DNA of 64,000 nucleotides from Candidatus Magasanikbacteria bacterium RIFCSPHIGHO2_01_FULL_33_34. GTDB taxonomy: Bacteria > Patescibacteriota > Patescibacteriia > Magasanikbacterales > UBA922. Positions 18,763-27,856 of the stretch are shown here, one piece after another. The stretch spans positions 9,012-73,011 of the forward strand of contig MFPS01000008.1 in NCBI GenBank assembly GCA_001782825.1. The letters are read 5' to 3'. A model generated the notes under the pieces. That model worked only from the letters and a program-made list of their open reading frames with translations, was not told the origin of the DNA and made no database searches. A program made the translations under genes and the position numbers. The stretch's first letter is position 1; each line of letters opens with the position of its first letter.

Positions 18763-20421
18763 TTATATTGATTTTACCATATAGCTTCCTTTTTTTGAAT
18801 AACCCACTTTTTTGTAATAACCTTTGACGCCAACTCCTGAAATAACGCTAATTTTTTTGAATTTATTTTTTTTAGCAATTTTTTCCGCTTCAAGTAATAG
18901 TTTTTTACCCATACCTTTGTGTTGACTGGCTTTTTTATCACTTTTGCCAATTTCTAGGAGTTGTCCATAGGTGTGAAGTTCGCGGACAAAAGCAGTATTT
19001 TTTATCTCGGGTATCAATTCGTATAATTCTTTTGGCGCTTTTATTGTTGGGATTCGGAGACGCAAAAAAGCATAAACTGCAATTCTGTCTTTGTCTTCAA
19101 AGGTTATAAAATATTCTGTACCACCAATTGTTTCATAAGTATCTATAAATAATTGTGGTTTGGCATCGGCTGGTAGGTTTTTGAATTGACGAGATATTTC
19201 ACGACAGCGCAGACAAACACAATCTTTGCCTTTTTTGAGTATTTCTTTTTTTAATGATTCGCGTAGGTTTGTAATTGAGTTGCCGGCAGTTATTTCTTCT
19301 GATGGAATATCACGGATAAGGCGAGAGATTCTACAATAACGTGGAGTAGTTAATTTCATTTGTATAAGAGCTTCAAATAATTCATTTTCACCATATGGAG
19401 TATATCTACCATCTTTGAACCATTCATAAAGTTCAGCCGAAGCAATGACTGTATTTGGATAAATTTTTACCATATCTGGACACAAGCCAATGTCTGTGAA
19501 TAAACTAGCATACATTTCTACATCATGTTTTGGGGTTGTACCAGGCAAGTCTGGCATAAAATGGAGGTCAACCTTAAAACCAGCTTGACGCAGGAGTAAC
19601 ATAGCATCGCGAAATTGCTGTACAGTGTGTCCGCGTTTTACTAATTCTAATATTTCATCATCAGGTGCTTGGAGGCCAAGTTCAATGCGAGTACAACCTT
19701 GTTGACGCATATGGAAAATAGTTTTTGGGGTGATTGCGTCTGGTCTGGTTTCTAGAGTTAAACCAATAATACGATATTTTGCTTTTTCGTTTTTTTTCTG
19801 TTCTTTTGCCACAGCCTTTTGTAATTCTTCTAGTGGTGAATTTTGATTAATTGTATGTTTAAATGTTTGTATGTTTAAATGTTTAGATGCTAGTTCATTG
19901 CAGGCGCGAAAAGATTCCAAAATAAACCAATATTGGTATTTGAGTGGATAAGAATTCCAGGTTCCACCTTTTATTATGTATTCGATTTTTTCAGTTGGGT
20001 GGCCGTTGGCTTCGAGCATTTGGATTCTTTTTTGCATTTGTACATATGGATCAAATTTGAGCCCAAGGGCGCGGGCGGCCGCTGGTTCAGAAGCAATATA
20101 GCTTTTTGGCATTCTAGTTTCTGTTGGACAGTAGACACATTTTCCTGGACAAGCGTATGGTTTTACTAGAGATGTGACTATAGCAATACCGGAAAGGGTG
20201 CGAATATCGGCTTTTCTTAAAAATAATTCTATTCTTTTATCTTTTTTGACTCTTTTATTTTTTAGCATTTTCTGATAGGCTTTTAGTAGGTCAGGATTTG
20301 ATGGTTGTTTCATTTTGAGTTTACCAGCCACTTGTCTGCGAGCACTATCAAATTGCGCCTTGGTTTGAGGCGATTTTGCAATAATTTCAATTATAATATT
20401 TTCAAGTAAGTTTTCTTTCAT
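18763..20421 (-). CDS. elp3: Elp3 radical SAM/GNAT tRNA U34 carboxymethyltransferase
   Basis: CPGKCVYCP, PKSY, GGTW, ETRPD, KIYP, R.IRDIP, C.C.RCRE, RELH.YG, QHKGMG. ATG at 20421 preferred over 20439. Confidence 0.93.
   Translation of the reverse strand: MKENLLENIIIEIIAKSPQTKAQFDSARRQVAGKLKMKQPSNPDLLKAYQKMLKNKRVKKDKRIELFLRKADIRTLSGIAIVTSLVKPYACPGKCVYCPTETRMPKSYIASEPAAARALGLKFDPYVQMQKRIQMLEANGHPTEKIEYIIKGGTWNSYPLKYQYWFILESFRACNELASKHLNIQTFKHTINQNSPLEELQKAVAKEQKKNEKAKYRIIGLTLETRPDAITPKTIFHMRQQGCTRIELGLQAPDDEILELVKRGHTVQQFRDAMLLLRQAGFKVDLHFMPDLPGTTPKHDVEMYASLFTDIGLCPDMVKIYPNTVIASAELYEWFKDGRYTPYGENELFEALIQMKLTTPRYCRISRLIRDIPSEEITAGNSITNLRESLKKEILKKGKDCVCLRCREISRQFKNLPADAKPQLFIDTYETIGGTEYFITFEDKDRIAVYAFLRLRIPTIKAPKELYELIPEIKNTAFVRELHTYGQLLEIGKSDKKASQHKGMGKKLLLEAEKIAKKNKFKKISVISGVGVKGYYKKVGYSKKGSYMVKSI
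19853..19884. repeat. Octamer tandem repeat inside elp3
   Basis: gtatgttt-aaatgttt-gtatgttt-aaatgttt (perfect 16 bp x2). Confidence 0.8.
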
Positions 20422-20423
20422 AT

Positions 20424-21119
20424 ATGGATAATAATTCAAAGCTAATTATACGTCAGAACAGGGAAGTCTACAATAAAATTGCCGACCATTTTTCTGATAC
20501 CCGATCATTTTTATGGCGTGATTTAGAACCATTATCAACCTTTGTCCATGATAGAGATAGTATATTAGATATTGGTTGTGGTAATGGCAGATTATATCAG
20601 CTTTTTACAGATTTGTCCATAGCTTTTACTGGCATTGATATTGCAGAGGGTCTTATTGAAATTGCCAAGGAAAAGTATCCAAAAGCTAGGTTTGTGGTGG
20701 GTGATATGGTTAGTCTTCCTTTTGAAGATCAAGAATTTGATGTAGTTTTTAGTTTGGTGGCATTTCATCACTTACCAGACGAGGAATCTCAATTAAAATC
20801 ATTGGCAGAGATGGGCAGAGTATTAAAAAAAGGTGGAAAAATAATATTATTGAATTGGAATGCTTATAGTGATTGGGTTAGCGAAAAATTAAAAAAAGGG
20901 GATTATAAGGAGTTGGGGGATCATTTGTTTGAAGTTCCTTGGAAAACACAAAAGAAAGAAAATTTGGGAAATAGAATATATTATGGTTTTACTTTGGAAG
21001 AATTAGAAAAATTATTTGAAAAAACTGGCCTTAATTTAGAAGATCAATATTATTTGCGTCATGGTGAAAAAGTTGGGGTTGATAAGGGGATGAATATTGT
21101 GAGTATTTTGAGTAAATAA
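20424..21119 (+). CDS. Class I SAM methyltransferase, Trm9/ALKBH8-like
   Basis: VYNKIADHFSDTR, LDIGCGNG, VAFHHL, VPW...RIYYGF...EL. Confidence 0.85.
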   Translation: MDNNSKLIIRQNREVYNKIADHFSDTRSFLWRDLEPLSTFVHDRDSILDIGCGNGRLYQLFTDLSIAFTGIDIAEGLIEIAKEKYPKARFVVGDMVSLPFEDQEFDVVFSLVAFHHLPDEESQLKSLAEMGRVLKKGGKIILLNWNAYSDWVSEKLKKGDYKELGDHLFEVPWKTQKKENLGNRIYYGFTLEELEKLFEKTGLNLEDQYYLRHGEKVGVDKGMNIVSILSK

Positions 21120-21124
21120 ATTGA

Positions 21125-21988
21125 TTATTTCCCAGTAATCAAACAGACAATTGTTCCATTCCATTTCCAATTATTTTTAATAGCTTTTTGGAGTCCAGCG
21201 ATTGAGAGGGCGCTGTTTGGGGATATGTCTATATCAGTCTTTTCTTTTACTAGTTTGATTGCTTTTCTAATTTCTTTGTCAGTTGCAATCCAACCAAAAC
21301 CTTGGCTTTTTTTTATTAATTCAATAATTTTTTCCTTTCTGTGGGCGACTTTGTCCACGATTGCGCCAGCGATTGATCGGTCAGTATTTTCAAAATTTTT
21401 GTCAAAGTTTTCTGCAATTGGGTGGCAGTTAGTTGTTTGAATTATATGAATTTGTGTATTTATAACTGCTAATGCTTGTGCGGTTGTTCCAGATGAAGTT
21501 GGAATAAAGATTGCTTGTAAATTTTTAATTTCTTTTAATTCTTTGGTGAGAGATTTGTATCCGGTAAGTGCAAGGTCATCGGTTGATTGGCGTAAGTTTA
21601 CGGCTATTTTTTCTTTGTCCATTTTGAAGGCTGTTTGTTTAGGGTTATGAACTTGTTCAATAATTATATTTTCATCTGTAATTTCATTTTGCAGGAGCCT
21701 GTATTTTATTTGTTCAATATTTTTTCCTATTAAAATTTTAAGAGTAACTTTTGTGTTCACTTTATTATTTTCTTGAATATATCTAATGGATGCTAGAGCG
21801 GCATTACCAGAGGATGAAATGACAAAATTGGTTGTACCTTTTTTAATATAAGTTTCAATCATCAATGGAATTGAACGGCCTTTGTGGGATCCATATGGGT
21901 TCAAGTCTTCTCTTTTGAGGATTATATTGGATACTCCAAGTGCTTTGGCTAATTTTGGGTATGAATTTTGGGGTGTTTTTGTTTCCAT
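21125..21988 (-). CDS. PLP-dependent fold-type II enzyme (threonine synthase-like)
   Basis: LKREDLNPYGSHKGR, SSSGNAA, PTSSGTT, CLITG. Confidence 0.85.
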   Translation of the reverse strand: METKTPQNSYPKLAKALGVSNIILKREDLNPYGSHKGRSIPLMIETYIKKGTTNFVISSSGNAALASIRYIQENNKVNTKVTLKILIGKNIEQIKYRLLQNEITDENIIIEQVHNPKQTAFKMDKEKIAVNLRQSTDDLALTGYKSLTKELKEIKNLQAIFIPTSSGTTAQALAVINTQIHIIQTTNCHPIAENFDKNFENTDRSIAGAIVDKVAHRKEKIIELIKKSQGFGWIATDKEIRKAIKLVKEKTDIDISPNSALSIAGLQKAIKNNWKWNGTIVCLITGK

Positions 21989-22040
21989 ATTTACAATGTT
22001 TTATTTTTTTGTTATACTAATAAATATCTGTTATTTATAT

Positions 22041-22109
22041 GTAAGATATAATAGTATTGTTTATACTTTAAACTAATACTTAATTATAAATAATGCTTTT
22101 AATTCTTAC
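22041..22109 (+). mobile_element. MITE, short (empty) form
   Basis: gtaagatataatagtattgtttata...tataaataatgcttttaattcttac matches the outer arms of the 38390 and 49069 elements; flanks tatttatat/aacttatat (7/9). Confidence 0.75.
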
Positions 22110-22127
22110 AACTTATATAATATACAT

Positions 22128-22292
22128 ATGAATTTAAACTGTCCAGAATGTAAAAATGATGTAGATTTGTCCGTGTTTCCAAATTTAGAAAAGGATCAGG
22201 TTATTGAGTGTAATACTTGTGGTATTTCTTTGCTTGTGACAGAAATTAATGGTGATGCTGTGACTGCAGAAGTTACTGACGAAGGCAAGTAA
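22128..22292 (+). CDS. Small LysW-like zinc-ribbon protein (54 aa, not in ORF track)
   Basis: MNLNCPECKNDVDLSVFPNLEKDQVIECNTCGISLLVTEINGDAVTAEVTDEGK: CPEC...CxxCG, acidic. Confidence 0.85.
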   Translation: MNLNCPECKNDVDLSVFPNLEKDQVIECNTCGISLLVTEINGDAVTAEVTDEGK

Positions 22293-23661
22293 TCAATTGT
22301 TCAATCATACCTCGGAAGCCACGCGAACCCAGAAAGACGACACAATCGTCTTTTTTTGTATTATTAATTAAGTATTGAATTAATTCTTTATCATTTTCAA
22401 TGTATTTTACATTGTGATGTGTTTGTCCTATTATTTCAGCAAGTTTTTTACCGTTAGCTGGAGTTTCAGTATCATTTTGGTCTATTTTAATTTTGGATAA
22501 ACGTGGAATTATAATTTGATCAGCATTTTCAAAAGCATCAGCATATCCAGAGAAAGAAGCGGGTTTTCTATTGCCGGTATTGGGTTCAAAAATTGCAATT
22601 ATTTGTCCGTGGTAAATTGATTTGAGAGTTTTTAAAACGGACATAGCTTTTTGGGGTGAGTGAGCAATGTCGTCAATTATGGCAATATCATTTTCATATC
22701 TTTTTTCTAAGCGTCTTTTTATACCTTTGAAAGATTTAATTGATTTTATAATTGTATCGGTTTTTATGCCAGCAATTTGGGCCATTGCAAAGCAAGCTGT
22801 TATATTAGCTACTTGGTAATCGCCCAAAATATTAGTTTCAATCTTATACTTATTATCTTTATTTGAAATAGTAAAAGATAGTCCATTTTTGTTTAATTGA
22901 ATATCAGAATAATAATAATCATTTTTGGTATCTTTTCCGTATTTGATAATATTACAAGTTGATGAGGCAATAATTTCATTGACTTTTTTGTCGTCAGCAC
23001 AAGCAACAATTGTGCCATTGTTTGGGATTGATTTTGCAAGTTTTTCAAATGCTTCAAAATATGATTTTTCAGTCGGGTATACATCTGCATGGTCCCAAAT
23101 CACTGATGTAAGTAATAGGTGGGTTGGTTGATAATGTGTGAATTTGGCAGAATTATCCCAACGACTGCTTTTATATTCATCACCCTCAAGGATTGACCAA
23201 TGGGAATTACCTATATATGCGGCATCAATATTATTCTGGGAAAGTCCACCAAACATATAGCTAGGGTCTAGTCCAGACTCTAAAAAAATAAATGATAGTA
23301 GTGAGCTGGTGGATGTTTTGCCATAAGTACCAGCACAGACAATAGAATTTTCTTTGACAAAATATTTGGCGATTGCTTCAGGATATGATTTGTAGGGGAT
23401 ATTATTTTTTTGAACATATAGCCATTCTGGGTTGGTGGAACTAGCAACATTTCCAACCACCACCAAATCTGGTTTTCCTATTTTTTCTGGATGCCAGCCA
23501 GGATAAAAATCAATTTTATTTTTTTCTAAATGAGTTGAAATTGGCGGAAAAAAACCAGCGTCAGATCCGGTGACGCGCCAACCTTTTTTTTGGAAGGCAA
23601 TGGCAAGTGCGCTCATAGCTACACCGCATATACCTATAAAATGTATGTGTTTATTTTCCAT
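22273..23661 (-). CDS. Mur ligase, Mpl/MurC-like
   Basis: HIHFIGICGVAMSALA, VTGSD, GTYGKTST, EGDEY, DHAD, RRLE, DDIAHSP; closer in style to Mpl. Confidence 0.88.
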   Translation of the reverse strand: MENKHIHFIGICGVAMSALAIAFQKKGWRVTGSDAGFFPPISTHLEKNKIDFYPGWHPEKIGKPDLVVVGNVASSTNPEWLYVQKNNIPYKSYPEAIAKYFVKENSIVCAGTYGKTSTSSLLSFIFLESGLDPSYMFGGLSQNNIDAAYIGNSHWSILEGDEYKSSRWDNSAKFTHYQPTHLLLTSVIWDHADVYPTEKSYFEAFEKLAKSIPNNGTIVACADDKKVNEIIASSTCNIIKYGKDTKNDYYYSDIQLNKNGLSFTISNKDNKYKIETNILGDYQVANITACFAMAQIAGIKTDTIIKSIKSFKGIKRRLEKRYENDIAIIDDIAHSPQKAMSVLKTLKSIYHGQIIAIFEPNTGNRKPASFSGYADAFENADQIIIPRLSKIKIDQNDTETPANGKKLAEIIGQTHHNVKYIENDKELIQYLINNTKKDDCVVFLGSRGFRGMIEQLITCLRQ

Positions 23662-24331
23662 TTTGTTTTAAAATATTTTTTAATTCATCTAAATCAGTTC
23701 TCCATTTTGTACCATCAAACCATTCAAGTCCTGTGAATTGTAATTTGTATACATCTTTTGGTCTCTGAGCTGAACCCAAATAAATATATTGCATATCGTT
23801 TTGTTTGGCAGCAGTAATTGCCATAATCATCATACCCATACCAATATTGTTTATTTTTTCAGTAGATAAACCTAGTTTATAAAACGGGTATGAGTAGTGA
23901 GTAATAGTTGGATTTGCGTAACTTATAGTATAGCCAATGATATCTTTTTCGTTATGTTCATTGGATAAATTATATATAAACAATGTATTAAAATTATTTT
24001 TTTTATTTGTCAGTAGCTCTTTTATTTTATTTGCCGAAAAAGTTCCTTTTTTGAATTTTGTGTCATAAAAATCTTTGGCCATTTTGCCTATAGACCAGTT
24101 GTATTTTTCATAAGGGATAGATTCTATATTCAAATTTAGACCTTCAATTTTTTTTAATATTCTTCTATTTTCACTAGATAATTTAAATTTTGACAAATTA
24201 ATTCGGAGGCTTCTGGTTTGGTGCATAATTCCATACCCAAGTCGAGTAAAAACATAGCCCTCAGAGTAGAGGGAATTTATATTATTGTCAGCAAAATCTG
24301 TAATTGTTTTTTCATTCCATTTTAAGTACAT
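23651..24331 (-). CDS. Putative aminoacyl-tRNA-dependent transferase (ATE/Bpt-like GNAT fold)
   Basis: SLRINLSKF.LS..NRR.LKK, Y.FY, G.GMMI.AI..AK...QYIYLG, YK.QF. Confidence 0.65.
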   Translation of the reverse strand: MYLKWNEKTITDFADNNINSLYSEGYVFTRLGYGIMHQTRSLRINLSKFKLSSENRRILKKIEGLNLNIESIPYEKYNWSIGKMAKDFYDTKFKKGTFSANKIKELLTNKKNNFNTLFIYNLSNEHNEKDIIGYTISYANPTITHYSYPFYKLGLSTEKINNIGMGMMIMAITAAKQNDMQYIYLGSAQRPKDVYKLQFTGLEWFDGTKWRTDLDELKNILKQNGK

Positions 24332-24332
24332 A

Positions 24333-25463
24333 TTAGTATAATGCTACCCAAAGACCCAATAAAACAACGGCTGCATGGATTATCCAGAAGCGCATGACGG
24401 TTTTCTCTTCGCTCCAGCCACGTAATTCAAAGTGATGATGAATTGGCGCCATTTTGAAAATACGTTTTCCAAGTATATGTCTGCCAAAAACTTGTATAAT
24501 GACTGTTCCCAATTCTACATAAAATATAAAGGCAATAAATGGTAACAATAGCATTCTATTGATTACAATTGCATTGATGGCTAGAAGCGCGCCCAAGCCA
24601 AGCGAACCAACATCTCCCATTTGAAAACGCGCTGGTTTTATATTGAAATAAGTATAGGTGATAAGAGCGCCAACTACAGTTGCATTCAAAAAAGTGATTT
24701 CAGAATATCCTTGAATCCAACTGAGTAATGTAAGGGCAGAGAAGGTGATAATGAGTGATCCGCCAGCGAGCCCATCCATTCCATCAGCAATATTGACTGC
24801 ATTAGCTGTTAACATTATGAAAAAAATAATCATTGGGATAATCCAAATACCAAAATTTACAAAACCATCAAATGGAATAAATATTTCTTGCCATGATTCA
24901 CCAAGTTTAAAATATATCCAATAAGCGGCAGCAAATCCAGCTAAAAATTGTAAGAGTAATTTTTCATGTACATGTATTCCTTTGCCTGGATCGCGAGAAA
25001 GCCATGTAGACATTCGTTTGAAAATCCACCATGGTAGAGTAATCAGGTAAAATAATCGCATATGCCAATTTTTGTGTACTCTTATTAATGTAAAAACTTG
25101 TTTCAATTTTCGGCTTCTGCGTCTTTTGCCATATATGTTGAGCAGATCATCAACTCCGCCGAGTAGTGCAGCCATCAGCATAACGCCAATTGGTACCCAG
25201 GTGAAGCTTCTTTCCCAATTAAAAAAATAAGTAATTAAGGCCACTGTTATTATTACGAGTAGTCCACCCATAACTGGTACTCCGCGTTTGCTACGTCTGG
25301 CTCCCATCGCTAGAGTGGCATCATATTCGGCATGTCTGGTGATATTGTATTTGTATAAAAATTTGGTGAGAGCTGGCGCCCAAAGGAAAGCAATAATACA
25401 AGAAATAAGACCAAATTGAATAGCGGTCTTAAGTAGGTCTAGTTGGGCTGTACCTATATACAT
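24333..25463 (-). CDS. mraY: Phospho-N-acetylmuramoyl-pentapeptide transferase
   Basis: P.MGG, G.VDD, NAVNIADGMDGL, FQMGDVGS, MAPIHHHFEL.GW.E; ATG at 25463 preferred. Confidence 0.93.
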   Translation of the reverse strand: MYIGTAQLDLLKTAIQFGLISCIIAFLWAPALTKFLYKYNITRHAEYDATLAMGARRSKRGVPVMGGLLVIITVALITYFFNWERSFTWVPIGVMLMAALLGGVDDLLNIYGKRRRSRKLKQVFTLIRVHKNWHMRLFYLITLPWWIFKRMSTWLSRDPGKGIHVHEKLLLQFLAGFAAAYWIYFKLGESWQEIFIPFDGFVNFGIWIIPMIIFFIMLTANAVNIADGMDGLAGGSLIITFSALTLLSWIQGYSEITFLNATVVGALITYTYFNIKPARFQMGDVGSLGLGALLAINAIVINRMLLLPFIAFIFYVELGTVIIQVFGRHILGKRIFKMAPIHHHFELRGWSEEKTVMRFWIIHAAVVLLGLWVALY

Positions 25464-25524
25464 AGTGATAGTTATAATAACAAAGAAGAGCCTGAATTTC
25501 AAGCTTTTGTATTTTTTATTTTGT

Positions 25525-25718
25525 ATTAGCTATAATAGCTAGGGTTACATCTTAAACTATCATTGCACAGGTTTCAATTATTTATTTTTACTCCCTGCCT
25601 GCCGGCAGGCAGGATTCTCGCTTTGGCTCCGAGGGTGATGCCTGTTGTGGCATCAAATCCGTAAAAACAAATAATTGAAACCAATGTTTAATTATAAATA
25701 TCGCTTTTAATTTTTTTC
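25525..25718 (+). mobile_element. MITE, long form (degenerate ends), with hairpin cargo and 20 bp palindrome
   Basis: Core 25570-25682 nearly identical to the 38430 and 49111 cores; cctgcctgccggcaggcagg at 25594-25613; outer arms diverged, no clear TSD. Confidence 0.8.
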
Positions 25719-27743
25719 ATCTAATGCATTTAATCTGCGTATTTCAAGTGTTTTTGCTTGTGTTGCGCGTATATAAGTTTCGTTTTCTTGATTTGTTTTG
25801 CATTGTTCTGTCCAGAGTTGGTCTAATAATCCCGCATTTTCATTGATTATTTCAATTTCTCCTTCACGAACACCATGATTGTATTTGCCATCTTTATTCC
25901 AGGCAAATGAGTGGACATATGAGATTTTTTTGATAGATAAGTTGTTGGTTGAATCAGGTGTATTGTATTCACAATTGGTTTTGGTGATTACAATGATATG
26001 ATCACGGTCTTGTTTTATGCCAGCATTTATCATTACTATAAAATCACCAGGTTTAATATTTTTTTTGAGTATAGAGTGACTATTTTCATCTTGTGCAAAA
26101 GTTAAAACATTTACATTTTGTACAATTCTTAATTTGGCTATTAATTTTCTAAAAATATTTTTTATTGTAGGGAATTTGATTACAGATTGTAAGGATTTAT
26201 TAGTCTTTGCTTTTAATTCCGCATTCAATATATAGTAGGCAAGACCAGAGCAATCAATACCTATATTATTGTCTACTAACAATTGTTTGGTTTGTTCCTG
26301 ATTGAATTTGTCTAAGTTTATTTTATTTTTTTGGGCGATGATAGAGATTTCTTCTATAATTTCTTTTGGATTACCTTTGCCAGTAAAAACTTTCAAGCCA
26401 CCGCGTATTTTTTGACGCGCATTATTAAAATAAGGTACAGAAATAAAATTATTTTTGATTGGTAAGTTCAAATAAGCATCAATTACTTTTTGGGCTTCAT
26501 TACTTAAAAAAGCAATATTTGGACAAATTATGTGTAGAATTTTTTTGCCAATATCACTTAGTCTATTGTGATCTGTCATGACTGATTGGTTGCTTTGTAT
26601 TCTCAATAGTTCTGTACCAATATTTTTATTATTGTAACCAATAACATCTAGATTATTTTTCTTTAAATCATTTATTATTTTTGTAATCTGTGGTGACCAA
26701 TCATTGTTGTGAATAATTCGTTTTATAATTTGTGAACCATTGGATATTGGTATTAATTTTTCTGTTGATGTATCTATATTGAGTAATCCTGCTAGATGAG
26801 CTTCAAAAATATTTATGCCATCATACTTAACTTTATTTTGTAGGATTGATTCAAAAGTAGTTGAAGCTGGCTGGCGAGCATTGACTTCTATCAAATACAT
26901 TTTTTTGGTTTTTTGGTCCATTATAATATCTACCCCAAATAGTCCTTTCCAGCCAAGCTCTTTTAATTTTTCAGATACTGATCTGACTATATTTTTAAAA
27001 TTTTCAATATCTACTTGAGTAAGTAATTTGTTTACTAATCCCCAGTCATTACCAATAGTTGAAAATGGCTTGTCAGTAAAATATTTAATACCAGTTATTT
27101 GATAACTAATGTTCCCGATTATTAAATCATTACCACTTAATGCATTATTATTTGTAAATATTGGACCTTCTACAAAATCTGAAATTCTAGCTTCTCTTTC
27201 TGGAAATTGTTTTTTAATTGTATCTAATTTTTCTTGACTATCAATCAAAACAGTGCCACTGCCAGTATGTGAATAATTGAATTGTAAGATAAATTTTTCT
27301 TTATTCCATTTTATATCTTTGCATTTTTCTATTTTGTAATTTAAAAAAAATTCGTTCAATGATTTGAAAATTTCAACTTGTGAAATTTTTTCTTCAATTT
27401 TATTTGATATTTTAGATGGTGGATTTAGTAGATTCCATTTATTTTCTTCACATATTTTTTCAATTTGTGCTGTATTTTTAAAAACCAAGATTGATGGATT
27501 TGTAAATTTTTTAATAAATTCTTTTGTGTCAGTATGCTTTAAAAGTTCTGCGGTACTTAATATTTCTTTTTCTTTTATTAAAAGAATATTTTTTTTGTTG
27601 ACGCTTGATTGTTTGGCAAAATCATTATTGTTTGAGATAATAAAATAACCCTCTGTGTCAGGATCAATGCTCATAGCCCTTTCAATATCACGAGTTACAT
27701 AAATTATCGGGTTTGATTTGAGTTTGTCAGTTAGGCTTTTCAT
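25707..27743 (-). CDS. ATP-grasp ligase fused to NlpC/P60-like cysteine hydrolase domain
   Basis: N-part: SHTGSGT, GLFGVD...YLIEVNAR. C-part: GIDCSGLAY...DHI...YVHS. ATG at 27743. Confidence 0.75.
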   Translation of the reverse strand: MKSLTDKLKSNPIIYVTRDIERAMSIDPDTEGYFIISNNNDFAKQSSVNKKNILLIKEKEILSTAELLKHTDTKEFIKKFTNPSILVFKNTAQIEKICEENKWNLLNPPSKISNKIEEKISQVEIFKSLNEFFLNYKIEKCKDIKWNKEKFILQFNYSHTGSGTVLIDSQEKLDTIKKQFPEREARISDFVEGPIFTNNNALSGNDLIIGNISYQITGIKYFTDKPFSTIGNDWGLVNKLLTQVDIENFKNIVRSVSEKLKELGWKGLFGVDIIMDQKTKKMYLIEVNARQPASTTFESILQNKVKYDGINIFEAHLAGLLNIDTSTEKLIPISNGSQIIKRIIHNNDWSPQITKIINDLKKNNLDVIGYNNKNIGTELLRIQSNQSVMTDHNRLSDIGKKILHIICPNIAFLSNEAQKVIDAYLNLPIKNNFISVPYFNNARQKIRGGLKVFTGKGNPKEIIEEISIIAQKNKINLDKFNQEQTKQLLVDNNIGIDCSGLAYYILNAELKAKTNKSLQSVIKFPTIKNIFRKLIAKLRIVQNVNVLTFAQDENSHSILKKNIKPGDFIVMINAGIKQDRDHIIVITKTNCEYNTPDSTNNLSIKKISYVHSFAWNKDGKYNHGVREGEIEIINENAGLLDQLWTEQCKTNQENETYIRATQAKTLEIRRLNALDEKN

Positions 27744-27856
27744 AAATGTGATTATACTGTAAAATGTATGTGATTGCAATATGTTAATTTGGGGTTATAT
27801 TGGTAAAAATTTGCTTATCTTAGGTTAATTTTATAATCAATTGTGTTGATTAATTT

